A DNA stretch of 63,692 bases, filler included, from Octopus bimaculoides (lineage: Eukaryota): the NCBI RefSeq assembly GCF_001194135.2. It is 5 parts of 5 records of this genome, joined end to end, with 100 filler letters (N's around TTAATTAATTAA, not from the genome) between each part and the next. Parts side by side here need not be neighbours in the genome. Positions count along the whole stretch, not along the records: positions 1 to 20,859 come from NC_069003.1; 4 more parts are not named here. The stretch is one strand, 5' to 3'. Position numbers and translations under genes: made by a program. The notes below the pieces were generated by a model. That model ran no database searches, had not been told where the DNA came from, and saw only the letters and a program-made list of their open reading frames with translations. Shown piece after piece: positions 1 through 10,786 of the stretch (position 1 is the first letter of the stretch; every line of letters begins with the position of its first letter).

Positions 1-23
1 GAAAAACCCCTCATACATGTTTT

Positions 24-83
24 GCGCACTCGCGCTTGGTAGTCGCAGGATCGACTAGTCACGACTCGCTAGCGCGAGTGCGC
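24..83. repeat. GC-rich nested inverted repeat (cruciform/hairpin)
   Basis: Perfect 13-bp arms GCGCACTCGCGCT (24-36) / AGCGCGAGTGCGC (71-83) enclosing an inner TAGTCG (40-45) / CGACTA (52-57) hairpin. Confidence 0.8.
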
Positions 84-120
84 GCACCGGGACCACTCTT
101 CTTGAATAGTACCCACTTGT

Positions 121-344
121 CTTCTTATTTCTTTACTGCCTACAAGGGGCTACACACAGAGGGGACAAACAAGGATTAAATCAATTATATCGACCCCAGT
201 GCGTAACTGGTACTTATTTAATCAACCCCGAAAGAATGAAAGGCAAAGTCGACCTCGGCGGAATTTGAACTCAGAACGTAGCAGCAGATGAAATACCGCT
301 AAGCATTTCGTCCGGCGTGCTGACGTTTCTGCCATCTCGCCGCC
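121..344 (-). mobile_element. tRNA-headed SINE, family 1 (GGCGAGCTGGCAG...GTCGACTTTGCCTTTCATCC)
   Basis: Near-identical to copies at 10375-10786, 19511-19741, 33424-33572, 43831-44040 and 55045-55400. B-box-like GAGTTCAAATTCC. Confidence 0.85.
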
Positions 345-675
345 TTACCCAATTGTCTTCTACTGTACCATTTTGGGATTCCAGCATCTTTCATATTTGC
401 GTATTTGTACTTTCGAAACACTGGCTTTACATATTTTTCGCATGTTTTCACTTTTCAGGACTCCCCCTTTTTCACATTGTTCCTGTTTTTGATTGCTAAA
501 TGTTTTGTTCATATATTTTTGCTCAACGTTTATACATACAAACACACATTTTGTTCTCTACAAGAACAGACATTTCTCTACATGTTTCCTCCAAATTTGT
601 ACTCTGCATTATTCATACAACTGTTTTGCTGTTTCAGTCTTCTGTGCCCTCTTATCGCACATGTACTTCGCTTAC

Positions 676-744
676 CTTGATTTTGTTCGACCGGTTGGCG
701 ATCTTTCGTGCGCACGCGTACTGATTACATTATCGTATAGTGTG
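676..744 (-). other. candidate first (non-coding) exon of a leftward gene
   Basis: Strong minus-strand donor AAG|GTAAGC at 676/675, directly downstream of an inverted copy of the 1243-1316 promoter segment. Confidence 0.35.
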
Positions 745-1204
745 TTTATGTTTTTAAATGACTTGAAAATATGAAAAGACAACATTAAATAGAAAAAAAA
801 AATGAATGGCTCACTAAATTTAAACCTTCTCCCTTCAGATTCGTACAGTTCTCAAACTTTAAACGCATAAACACATATAGGAAAGTGGGTTATACATCAT
901 TAGATGTATACCTGACTTTCCAATATAAAATTAAGAATTAACGGAACGCTGAACTCCAGACTATCAACATAACAATTATTTATTTAAGGTGGAATATATA
1001 TACATCATTAGCTCTTGTTTGTTGAGACGTCTTCTGTGTGTGTGAGCATGGTTGTTGGGACGTTGGTATGTAGATGTGAGCGAGCTGTCTAGCGTAAGTT
1101 CGAAAGATGGAGAGAGACAGCTAAACACGTCCTTGCTCAATCGCTGGCCAGCAAGAAAGAGACAGAATGAAGCGGGAAAGCTTGGTTGTTGAATTCCACG
1201 CATG

Positions 1205-1316
1205 CGTGAGACTACGCATGCGCACGACGTTACTACACACATTATACGATAATGTAATCAGTATGCGTGCGCACAACGACCGGAAGTTATGGGATCTAGT
1301 ACCGAAAGATCGCCAA
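1205..1316. promoter_or_regulatory. CpG-rich housekeeping-type promoter
   Basis: NRF1-like CGCATGCGCA (1215-1224) and ETS CCGGAAGT (1280-1287) in a CpG-rich patch within AT-rich DNA. Confidence 0.55.
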
Positions 1317-2005
1317 GACTTGATCTAGCCATCTCTCGCACACCTGCGGCAGCGAATACCATGAGGTTACGCAGAAGATGAACATGGTTCTTTCATCAAC
1401 CTCTTTCCATTGTTATTCAATTTGTATATATTTGAGACCGAGAGTAAAAGTATTTAAAGTTTCAGTTTGTTCTATGAATTCTTTGTCGAATGACATATTA
1501 CAGCCTTCTGAACAGGGTCATCTTTAGATGGCTTCAACCTGAGAACATCACCACTAAACCTTCAACAGCCGGAGAAAGTTCAAAAGGTCAGCTCATTCTT
1601 AATAATCTGTAAGAACAGGGAGAATAAAACAAAAGACTTTAAATTTGAATTTTAAAATACTGATTTTTCTACGACTAAAAATTCCTCAAAGTGGTGCTCC
1701 AGCATGGCCGCAGTCTAATGACTGAGACAAGTAAAAAAAAAAAAAAAATTCTGGGGTCAATACATTCAACTAAAAATTCCTCAAGACGGTGCCCCAGCAT
1801 GGCCGCAGTCCAATGACTGAAGCAAGTAAAGAAATTTTTACAAAATATAAAAAACCCTCCAAAAAAAAAACCCAAAAAATATAACCAATTAACTAAAGGC
1901 TTTTGTTCTAAGGGGCTTTTGTCCGGATCCCTAGATGATTATAATATGTATCTACCCCTTTCCAAGATTAGTTTCTTTCATATATTATTATTATTATATG
2001 CCCGT

Positions 2006-2285
2006 GGGCATATGGCGTAGTGGTTAAGAGCGCAGCTACTAACCCCAAGATTCCGAGTTCGATTCCAGGCAGTGACCTGATTATTAATAATAATTAATTC
2101 TGGTTTTATTGGCCACAAGGGCTAATATAAATTAAAAACATATAAAGACAAAGACAGGACGAAGGTTACAAAGGGTTTCGTCCGAAAAGAAAACGTTAAC
2201 ATATACCACACACTCATATATACACGCTCAAACACAGGTTCGAAATTTCCTCAGGACACCTGATGAAGGCTGGAGGGTATATATA
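2006..2285 (+). mobile_element. tRNA-headed SINE with Penelope-like tail (family 5), disrupted
   Basis: A box TGGCGTAGTGG, B box GAGTTCGATTCC, tail ACACCTGATGAAGGCTGGAGGGTAT. Sister copy at 18096-18370. Confidence 0.7.
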
Positions 2286-3009
2286 TATTACATTCGCTGC
2301 TTTCTTCCAAGCAATCTAGTGCTCTTAGCTTAGTTTTTCCTTGGGGCTGGCCAGATTGGAGCAATCTCGAGTATAATCAGCCGAAATTGCGAAGATAATC
2401 TGGAACTCGACTGAGGAAAGAAAACTTCGAATGACCCATCCTTGTTTTCTTTGTATCGTCTATCTTGATGTTTTGGTGTTCCATTTTTGTGTCACCTAAC
2501 TNNNNNNNNNNNNNNNNNNNNNNNNNNNNNNNNNNNNNNNNNNNNNNNNNNNNNNNNNNNNNNNNNNNNNNNNNNNNNNNNNNNNNNNNNNNNNNNNNNN
2601 NNNNNNNNNNNNNNNNNNNNNNNNNNNNNNNNNNNNNNNNNNNNNNNNNNNNNNNNNNNNNNNNNNNNNNNNNNNNNNNNNNNNNNNNNNNNNNNNNNNN
2701 NNNNNNNNNNNNNNNNNNNNNNNNNNNNNNNNNNNNNNNNNNNNNNNNNNNNNNNNNNNNNNNNNNNNNNNNNNNNNNNNNNNNNNNNNNNNNNNNNNNN
2801 NNNNNNNNNNNNNNNNNNNNNNNNNNNNNNNNNNNNNNNNNNNNNNNNNNNNNNNNNNNNNNNNNNNNNNNNNNNNNNNNNNNNNNNNNNNNNNNNNNNN
2901 NNNNNNNNNNNNNNNNNNNNNNNNNNNNNNNNNNNNNNNNNNNNNNNATTTCATCCGGTTTAATCGTAATTTATACGCATATATTGTTTATATAATAAAT
3001 TACGCTGTG

Positions 3010-3340
3010 CGTATCTATGTGTGTAACAATTTTAGAGTTCGGATTCTAGAGTTAGGGTTAGGGTTAGGGTTAACAGTCTAGTTAGGGTTAGGGTTAGGGG
3101 ATTAATACGATATACACCGTTACAGCGCTAACTGTTTTCAACTGAATAGACGTCAGTGATTAGTAGAAATTATCGAAATAAGACAATTTTTTACATGAAA
3201 TAAATTCGAATACAAAAATTTTTTTCTGTTCTATAACACAAAATAGATAAGTATACGAAGTTTGAAAGTCTTTCGGTACCAAAAACACTACATAAAACAT
3301 AAATGAAAACTGGTGCCCCGTTTTGACAGGAACACATAGA
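3010..3340. mobile_element. MITE containing (TTAGGG)n tracts, related to the 55773-56365 family
   Basis: About 3165-3310 is nearly identical to about 56195-56340. Two (TTAGGG)3 tracts at 3050-3100. Left end lost in an N gap. Confidence 0.7.
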
Positions 3341-3543
3341 AATAGAACGTTAAGAAGAAATATATTCGAAGAAAAACCAGTTTAGTATTTAAACTTATGA
3401 TGACCTCAGCAGATAACGAAAAAATAAAAAATTCTACGTCACGATATTTAGTTATCTAACTATTAATATCTGCTGAAAAGGACTTTGAAAAATTACTCTT
3501 ACTAGCACGGTTATTTTGAAAATTGTATATTTTCCTAAAACAT

Positions 3544-3746
3544 TTACTCTTTTACTTGCTTCAGTCATTTGACTGCGGCCATGCTGGAGCACCGACTTTA
3601 GTCGAGCAAATAGACCCCGGGACTTATTCTTTGTAAGCTTAGTACTTATTCTATCGGTCTCTTTTGCCGAACCGCTAGTGACGGGGACATAAACACACCA
3701 GCATCGGTTGTCAAGCAACGCTAGGAGGACAAACACAGACACACAA

Positions 3747-3785
<39 letters not shown>

Positions 3786-3902
3786 CGACGGGCTTCTTTC
3801 AGTTTCCGTCTACCAAATCCACTCACAAGGCTTTGATCGGCCTGAGGCTATAGCAGAAGACACTTGCCCAAGGTGCCACGCAGTGGGACTGAACCCGGAA
3901 CC
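3544..3902 (-). mobile_element. SINE family 2 (GGCGCAGGAGTGGCTGTGTGG...CAGTCAAATGACTGAAACAAGTAAAAGAG)
   Basis: Matches full-length copies at 49949-50349 and 53903-54328. Internal (CA)/(TA) microsatellite. Confidence 0.85.
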
Positions 3903-4904
3903 NNNNNNNNNNNNNNNNNNNNNNNNNNNNNNNNNNNNNNNNNNNNNNNNNNNNNNNNNNNNNNNNNNNNNNNNNNNNNNNNNNNNNNNNNNNNNNNNNN
4001 NNNNNNNNNNNNNNNNNNNNNNNNNNNNNNNNNNNNNNNNNNNNNNNNNNNNNNNNNNNNNNNNNNNNNNNNNNNNNNNNNNNNNNNNNNNNNNNNNNNN
4101 NNNNNNNNNNNNNNNNNNNNNNNNNNNNNNNNNNNNNNNNNNNNNNNNNNNNNNNNNNNNNNNNNNNNNNNNNNNNNNNNNNNNNNNNNNNNNNNNNNNN
4201 NNNNNNNNNNNNNNNNNNNNNNNNNNNNNNNNNNNNNNNNNNNNNNNNNNNNNNNNNNNNNNNNNNNNNNNNNNNNNNNNNNNNNNNNNNNNNNNNNNNN
4301 NNNNNNNNNNNNNNNNNNNNNNNNNNNNNNNNNNNNNNNNNNNNNNNNNNNNNNNNNNNNNNNNNNNNNNNNNNNNNNNNNNNNNNNNNNNNNNNNNNNN
4401 NNNNNNNNNNNNNNNNNNNNNNNNNNNNNNNNNNNNNNNNNNNNNNNNNNNNNNNNNNNNNNNNNNNNNNNNNNNNNNNNNNNNNNNNNNNNNNNNNNNN
4501 NNNNNNNNNNNNNNNNNNNNNNNNNNNNNNNNNNNNNNNNNNNNNNNNNNNNNNNNNNNNNNNNNNNNNNNNNNNNNNNNNNNNNNNNNNNNNNNNNNNN
4601 NNNNNNNNNNNNNNNNNNNNNNNNNNNNNNNNNNNNNNNNNNNNNNNNNNNNNNNNNNNNNNNNNNNNNNNNNNNNNNNNNNNNNNNNNNNNNNNNNNNN
4701 NNNNNNNNNNNNNNNNNNNNNNNNNNNNNNNNNNNNNNNNNNNNNNNNNNNNNNNNNNNNNNNNNNNNNNNNNNNNNATAATTTTAATCTTCGGATTTTT
4801 TTAATATGCTAGACCACTGGTTTTAATTGATTAATATCAATTTCTACCCTTATTAATAAATTTTATATATATATGCATATATGTATTCTTTTATTTTTTT
4901 AATT

Positions 4905-5052
4905 CTTTTACGTATTTCAGATTGCTGCGGCCCGCACCGCTTTTAGTCGAATAAATCGACTCCAGGACTTATTCTTTGAAAGCCTAGTACTTATTCTATC
5001 GGGATCTTTTGCCGAACCGCTACAGGGACATAAACACACCAACATCGGTTGT

Positions 5053-5102
<50 letters not shown>

Positions 5103-5430
5103 CGATGTGGTTGGGAAGCAAGCTTCTTACCGCACTGCCACTCCTGCGCCTTCTCACCATACGGCCACTCCTGTCACATGTATATATGTATGCATGCATG
5201 TATGTATGTATGTGTGTGTGTTTGTGTTTTTGTCTGTGTTTGTCTCCCCATCACCACATAACAACCGGTGTTGGTGTATTTACATCCCCGTAACATAGCG
5301 GTTCGGCAAAGAGTCCGAGAGAATAAGTACCAGGTTTTAAAAGATAAGTCCTGGAGTTGATTTGTTCGGCTAAAAATTCTTCAAGGCGGTGCTCCAGCAT
5401 GGTCTCGGTCAAATGACAGAAACAAATAGC
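4905..5430. mobile_element. two SINE family 2 copies in inverted orientation
   Basis: Minus-strand tail at ~4905-5055 and plus-strand tail at ~5220-5430. Confidence 0.75.
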
Positions 5431-5770
5431 ATAAAGTAGAAGAATACAGAAATGCAACGAATGGCTATGGAGGTTCAGTTGTGTAAAATGAGAATCAAAG
5501 AGGTTCATGGGTAAAAAAGAAAATGGTTGAGAACCTCCAGAGTAAACATTCAAACATCATTGTAATCTTTCCAAATTCTGCTGCATTTCACATGGAATTT
5601 TTGGTCCTCCAAAATAATCTTAGTTCTAAGTCGACCAACCTTTCTTTAGCAGTAAATTTCGGCCTGAAAAATTCGACTTGTATACCGGAGAATACGGTGC
5701 TTTGTTTCATTGACGCTTGAAAACGATGGCATGAAAGACAAATAACGAGAAAGAATTCAGTGAAATTGAC

Positions 5771-5829
5771 TTTATTAATAATAACAATAACCTTAAAAAT
5801 AATAATTACTTAACAGTACGGTTTTTATT
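5771..5829 (-). terminator. candidate polyadenylation signals of CFAP57
   Basis: Two AATAAA on the minus strand (forward TTTATT at 5824-5829 and 5771-5776), about 90 and 145 nt after the stop. Confidence 0.45.
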
Positions 5830-5920
5830 GCTGAATGTAAAAACCGGCCGTTTCGTTTCGTTTTGTTTGAATGATTGAAGTCCAATGATCAAAAATTAGA
5901 TCCATTTTCATTTTTTTTTT

Positions 5921-8900
5921 TCATTTAGCTCGTTCCATTATAGACAGCAAACGACGGTTCTTTTCTCTCTCCAACTGCAACACTTCTCCCATTTTATTGC
6001 ATTTATTTACCAGGACCTCATTCTCCAGAGAAGCGTTTTTCACGGTGCGGTTCAACTGATGCTTCAGTTTGTGTATGCTGTATTCGAAATGGTTCCGCTG
6101 CCGACCCCATTCCACCTGTATGTTGGGATCTGTAGTGACAATCTTATCGACATTCCTCTCGATGTATTTAGTATAAAGGGCTTTGATACTGCTCTTTAGC
6201 CTCATCGGGTCTTGTATGAAGGACGTGCAGTCGATAAGATCAGCGCAGAACCTATCCAACAAAGCTGTTTTCCGATGTAGCGCCATCCGTTCTTTGCTCA
6301 ATTCTAGAGAAGTGGCCGCTAGCTTCTGTTTCGTTTCTGCTGTCGTGTGGTCCATGATGATAAACTGTTGAGTGAAGTTTTCCAGTTCGCTTTGCATAGC
6401 TTTGATTTGTTCCTTCATGTTACTAATTTCCGTCTCCCTCTGTTCGATTTGTTGTCTCAGTTCGATGATCTTGTTGTATTCAAGTTCGCATTTCAGTTTC
6501 TCGATTTCGTGATTCTTCAACTTCAGATCATAGAACCGTTTCTCTTCGTCCTGTAGTCCGTGATCTTGGTTCTGTAGTTCTTTCTTTAAACTCTGTATAT
6601 CTTTCTCCAGATTACCTATAATAATGTTCAGTCTCTTTATCTCGAGTTTATACTTCTTGCACTCTTCCTTGCTTTCTTTTAGTTCTTTGGGGAAAGCTAA
6701 GAGCTTCTTCTTCAAAATACTGTTTTCATCTTTGATTTTAGAATTGGAATATCTCTCATGATACAATTGCTGTTCGTAATCGGTTTTTGTGAAGACGATT
6801 TCCATATCTGCATCTTCCTCGATCTGTTTTTTCATTTCCTCGTATTCTTTCTGTTGCAGCATAATATCCTCCTGACGCTGTTCCAATTTCTTCTCCACTT
6901 CTTGAAGTTTCCCTTCGTAGTGTGCTGTCAATTGGTCTTGTAGAAGTTCTTGCTTTTCTTCCAGTTCTTGTACCTGCTGGTCGTGTTCTTCTTGCAGTTT
7001 TAACAACCTGTTGTGAAGATCCTTGAATTTTTCATATTCTTCTAATAACTTTTTATCGTTGGCAGATTCGATGAACTGAAGTTCTCTGCAGTGCTTTTCC
7101 ATAATTTCTGTCATTATCTCGTCATGCCTAGATTCCTGTTTGCTTTTGTCATTCTGTAGGGCTTGGTTTTTGGTTTTCAAATTTTCCATTTCTTGAATAA
7201 ATGTTTCGGTCATCTCTCTTATTTTGTCGTTGTAGCTCATGTCTTTGAGGTGCATCTGGTATTCGTTTTCCATGTTAAGTTCTTCTACACGAGATTTCAA
7301 CTCTGCAAGCCAACCATTTTTTTCTTCCAAATCGAACCTTGGGATTAAGATCTCCTCGGACCAAATAGTACTCCGGTCACGTTTCAAAGTCCGACTTTCA
7401 GCAACGTTTACCTTCCATATTGCAATTGAAGCATCTTTTGATGTTGAAATTAAATATCGATCATCAGTTGTAAAAGTCATGTGTGTAGTTTCGAGACTAT
7501 GACATGGATAATCAAGCCATCTTCCCGGAAGCATTATAGGATACTCCAAGCTTCTTATATAACCGTTATTAGTTCCAACAAATAGCATTGTATTGGACCA
7601 CGACAGAGCAATTGATTTGAAAAGCACGTCACCCGATGGAAATGTTCGCAATATGTCAGACTCGTGGATTTCTTTCATAGAATAATCTGAGCCTACGGCA
7701 TAGAAATTCTTGTTTTCGAAATTAATGATGACATCGTTATAGGCGCAGGATTTCAAGACGCACTGACCAATTCGTTTCCCGGTTTTTAATTCCCAGTCAT
7801 AAACTGCCCCATCCAAGCCGCATGAGATTAGATTATTATCATCCATACACCAGGCGGTAGCTTGAACTTTACCATTGTGACCTTTCAGGTTGGCCAGCAT
7901 TTCGAAAGTAATCGACGAGTATACCTGTATAAAGTTGTTGTTGACCGCCGCGAACATGTGCCCACCTCGGCTGAAGTTACAATGTGTACACATACGGATA
8001 TTGAATTCCTTAAACTGTTTGAAGTCGTCTCTGAGAATATACATGAAACGTAATTTGTCGCTGAAACCTGCCAGAAGAAATAGTCCCATTGGGTGCATAG
8101 ATATGCTATAGACTTCTTCTGAAAAGTCTTTAGAAAGTTCTAAGGTAAACGTTTCATAGTTCCACACTTTTATGGAACCGTCCAGAGAGCTGGTTGCAAT
8201 GAAAGGCTTCCACGAGCAGACACAACACCCAGTGACAGATTTGTAATGGAAAGGCTGTACTAAAACATCAAACACGCTCGTCTGCTTCATATATTTCGTT
8301 TCCGGTGGATTAACTTGTGTAGAATACATTTGTTTCATATTGGTGCTAATAACGAGAACATCCTCCGATGGATTCACCACCATCCATTTTATAATCTGGT
8401 CGCATAGTTTGTTATTCTCCAATGTATCTGACGGCAGCAAAACATCCCTAACAAACTTGTAATTATCTTTGTCTTCAACTCTTTCAAAAAACTGTACATA
8501 TTGCGTACCACACGCTGTAATAAACCCTTTAGAATAACTGACGATTGCTGTCACTCCATGCGTCCTTGCGACATCGTTTGGAAGATTCAAATATTGGAAT
8601 ACGTTAAAATCGAGTCTTAAATCCGTACCTTCAATAAACAACACTCTTCCATTGCCTGTACCCACCAAAAGACGCTCGTTCGCATCCCAACAATAGCATT
8701 TGAAATCTCGAGGTTCGATCTTCGGGAAATTGAACTGTTTGAAGTTACCTTCGACGAATCGGAATGATTTTAGAAGTCCATTGCCAAAAGCATACACGTT
8801 AAGATGATCCTGAGGATTGAAGCTGATAAAATTAAGAGTCTCTGGTACCAGAGAAGTCGTGACTTTGGCTGTTATGAGTAGTCTCGATTTTTCCCATGAC

Positions 8901-9298
8901 CAGTAAAGGAGAGTTCGTGATGGGTCGTCACATATGGCTATGATACATCGAGAATCAGATGAAAAAGATAAACTAAGGATTTTACAAGAAAATAATTCTG
9001 GACAAACTAATGTCTTCTTTTTCCGCAAAGCAAACAAATCAAGAATGTTTATAGACGGTTTTTCGTATTTCAAACCAACAGCAGTATAGTTACGGTTAGG
9101 ACTAATAGCCATGGCAGTTATTTCAGCTCCTTTCTCTGACGCTAAGAGCAATCGCATAGTCTTCTGTTCGGTGTTAAAAAAGACACAGTAACAACCACAC
9201 GGATAAAGGATCGTTTGTTCATCAAGATAAAAAACATTGCTAGAAATATCCGAGTTGATTCCAATCAAATATTTTATTGTCGCTGTAGAGATAGCCAT
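5921..9298 (-). CDS. CFAP57: cilia- and flagella-associated protein 57 (WD40 repeats plus long C-terminal coiled coil), single exon
   Basis: Uninterrupted 1125-aa ORF. The N-terminus (NVFYLDEQTILYPCG, AMAISPNRNY), the WD motifs (LKGHNGKVQ, LISCGLDGAVYDW, FSRGGHMFAAV) and the coiled coil (RVEELNMENEYQMHLKDMSYNDKIREMTETF) match CFAP57/WDR65 orthologues from recall. Confidence 0.93.
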   Translation of the reverse strand: MAISTATIKYLIGINSDISSNVFYLDEQTILYPCGCYCVFFNTEQKTMRLLLASEKGAEITAMAISPNRNYTAVGLKYEKPSINILDLFALRKKKTLVCPELFSCKILSLSFSSDSRCIIAICDDPSRTLLYWSWEKSRLLITAKVTTSLVPETLNFISFNPQDHLNVYAFGNGLLKSFRFVEGNFKQFNFPKIEPRDFKCYCWDANERLLVGTGNGRVLFIEGTDLRLDFNVFQYLNLPNDVARTHGVTAIVSYSKGFITACGTQYVQFFERVEDKDNYKFVRDVLLPSDTLENNKLCDQIIKWMVVNPSEDVLVISTNMKQMYSTQVNPPETKYMKQTSVFDVLVQPFHYKSVTGCCVCSWKPFIATSSLDGSIKVWNYETFTLELSKDFSEEVYSISMHPMGLFLLAGFSDKLRFMYILRDDFKQFKEFNIRMCTHCNFSRGGHMFAAVNNNFIQVYSSITFEMLANLKGHNGKVQATAWCMDDNNLISCGLDGAVYDWELKTGKRIGQCVLKSCAYNDVIINFENKNFYAVGSDYSMKEIHESDILRTFPSGDVLFKSIALSWSNTMLFVGTNNGYIRSLEYPIMLPGRWLDYPCHSLETTHMTFTTDDRYLISTSKDASIAIWKVNVAESRTLKRDRSTIWSEEILIPRFDLEEKNGWLAELKSRVEELNMENEYQMHLKDMSYNDKIREMTETFIQEMENLKTKNQALQNDKSKQESRHDEIMTEIMEKHCRELQFIESANDKKLLEEYEKFKDLHNRLLKLQEEHDQQVQELEEKQELLQDQLTAHYEGKLQEVEKKLEQRQEDIMLQQKEYEEMKKQIEEDADMEIVFTKTDYEQQLYHERYSNSKIKDENSILKKKLLAFPKELKESKEECKKYKLEIKRLNIIIGNLEKDIQSLKKELQNQDHGLQDEEKRFYDLKLKNHEIEKLKCELEYNKIIELRQQIEQRETEISNMKEQIKAMQSELENFTQQFIIMDHTTAETKQKLAATSLELSKERMALHRKTALLDRFCADLIDCTSFIQDPMRLKSSIKALYTKYIERNVDKIVTTDPNIQVEWGRQRNHFEYSIHKLKHQLNRTVKNASLENEVLVNKCNKMGEVLQLEREKNRRLLSIMERAK

Positions 9299-9549
9299 TT
9301 TGAATAGAAATAAATTCCCTGACTTTTCTTGTCGCTTTTGTTATAAGTTAAAAATGAAATTAAATCTCAAAACGAGACGTCACATGATGCTAGTCAGGTG
9401 ACCCAAATTTTATTCTAATGGACAGCCTCCCATTTTTTCCTATTTTTTCGACATTTTGATATTTATTTATTCATTCATTCATTCATTTATTTATTTATTT
9501 ACTAAAGTTCTGTTATGCTACCAACACACACGGACACACTCACACACAC

Positions 9550-9950
9550 ATTTCCGACGAATGAAAAGCATACATCTCCCAACGAATTTCACTTACATGC
9601 ACGCATCTTTTAACAAATTTAAGGCACCTACTCACAAACACACATACATATCTTTTAACGAATTTGTGGTACACACATACACACACTCACATACTTTTGA
9701 TGAATTTAAGGTAGAAATACACACACGCATCTTTCGACGAATTAAAAACACGCACGTCCACATACACACGCATACGAACACACTCACATACCACAACACA
9801 TCTACATACATATATACGCGCACACAACTACGTACTCACACACACACACACACACACGTTTTGAGTTATTTACAAAACACCACACACATATACACACACC
9901 TTTTAAGAAATTTATGGTTCACACGCACATACTTCTTTTGACAAACTTAA
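9550..9950. repeat. array of about 8 copies of a ~15-bp motif (CTTTTAACGAATTTA-like) separated by variable CA-rich spacers
   Basis: Copies near 9551, 9578, 9606, 9651, 9694, 9730, 9900 and 9935. Confidence 0.7.
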
Positions 9951-10374
9951 TACACACTTACACAAACATATCTTTATATCTATCATTTCATAATAGAGTT
10001 ATTATTAATAAACTCTTTTAACATTGTTCATAGCAATCTGCTCAAAACCTCTCTTGCTTCTATAGCATAAACTTTCTGTTTTAAACTAATTTAAAAACAT
10101 TCCATCAAAATTTACACCTTACACCAGATAGTTATTTTGCTAAGTTTTTCATTATTTTCAAAATTAATTGAAACAAAGATGGTGAATTTCAAGAGAAATA
10201 TGGTGATACAAGGATTAAATATTTTATGACTCTATCAGTCTCTGTGTTCTGTGACTCACCAGAGACCATTCCTTGGTTCTACGATACAAACTTCCTGTTT
10301 CAAACTGATCTTAATTAAAACCTTCCATCAAAATTTCACCTTAATTTATGTTCCAAACACCAGCTCAATAATCC

Positions 10375-10786
10375 CTTCTCCTGTAGACACAAAGCCTGAA
10401 ATTTGGAGGAAGGGATTAAGTCAATTACACCGACCCCAGTGCGTAACTGGTACTTATTTAATCGACTCCGAAAGGATGAAAGGCAAAGTCGACCTCGGCG
10501 GAATTTGAACATATGAAATACCGCTAAGCATTTCGCCTGGCATGCTAATGATTCTTATTTCTTTATTGCCCACAAAGGGCTAAACATAGAGGGGACAAAC
10601 AAGGACAGACAAAGGGATTAAGTCGATTACATCGACCCCAGTGCGTAACTGGTACTTAATTTATCAACCCCGAAAGGATGAAAGGCAAAGTCGACCTCGG
10701 CGGAATTTGAACTCAGAACGTAAGGGCAGACAAAATACCGCTAAGCACTTCGCCTGGCATGCTAATGATTCTGCCAGCTTACCACC
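10375..10786 (-). mobile_element. two tandem SINE family 1 copies
   Basis: The segment CGACCCCAGTGCGTAACTGGTACTT...GTCGACCTCGGCGGAATTTGAAC occurs twice. Confidence 0.85.

Noticed and set aside
2465-4812. Long ORFs made of X residues (also near 15.2, 23.8, 28.0, 28.7, 34.1 and 39.0 kb)
   Set aside because: These are translations of N gaps.
6183-8111. Short plus-strand ORFs antisense to CFAP57
   Set aside because: Shadow ORFs of the real minus-strand CDS.
9550-9950. CRISPR-like repeat-spacer appearance
   Set aside because: Eukaryotic context, short degenerate repeats, microsatellite-like spacers and no cas genes.
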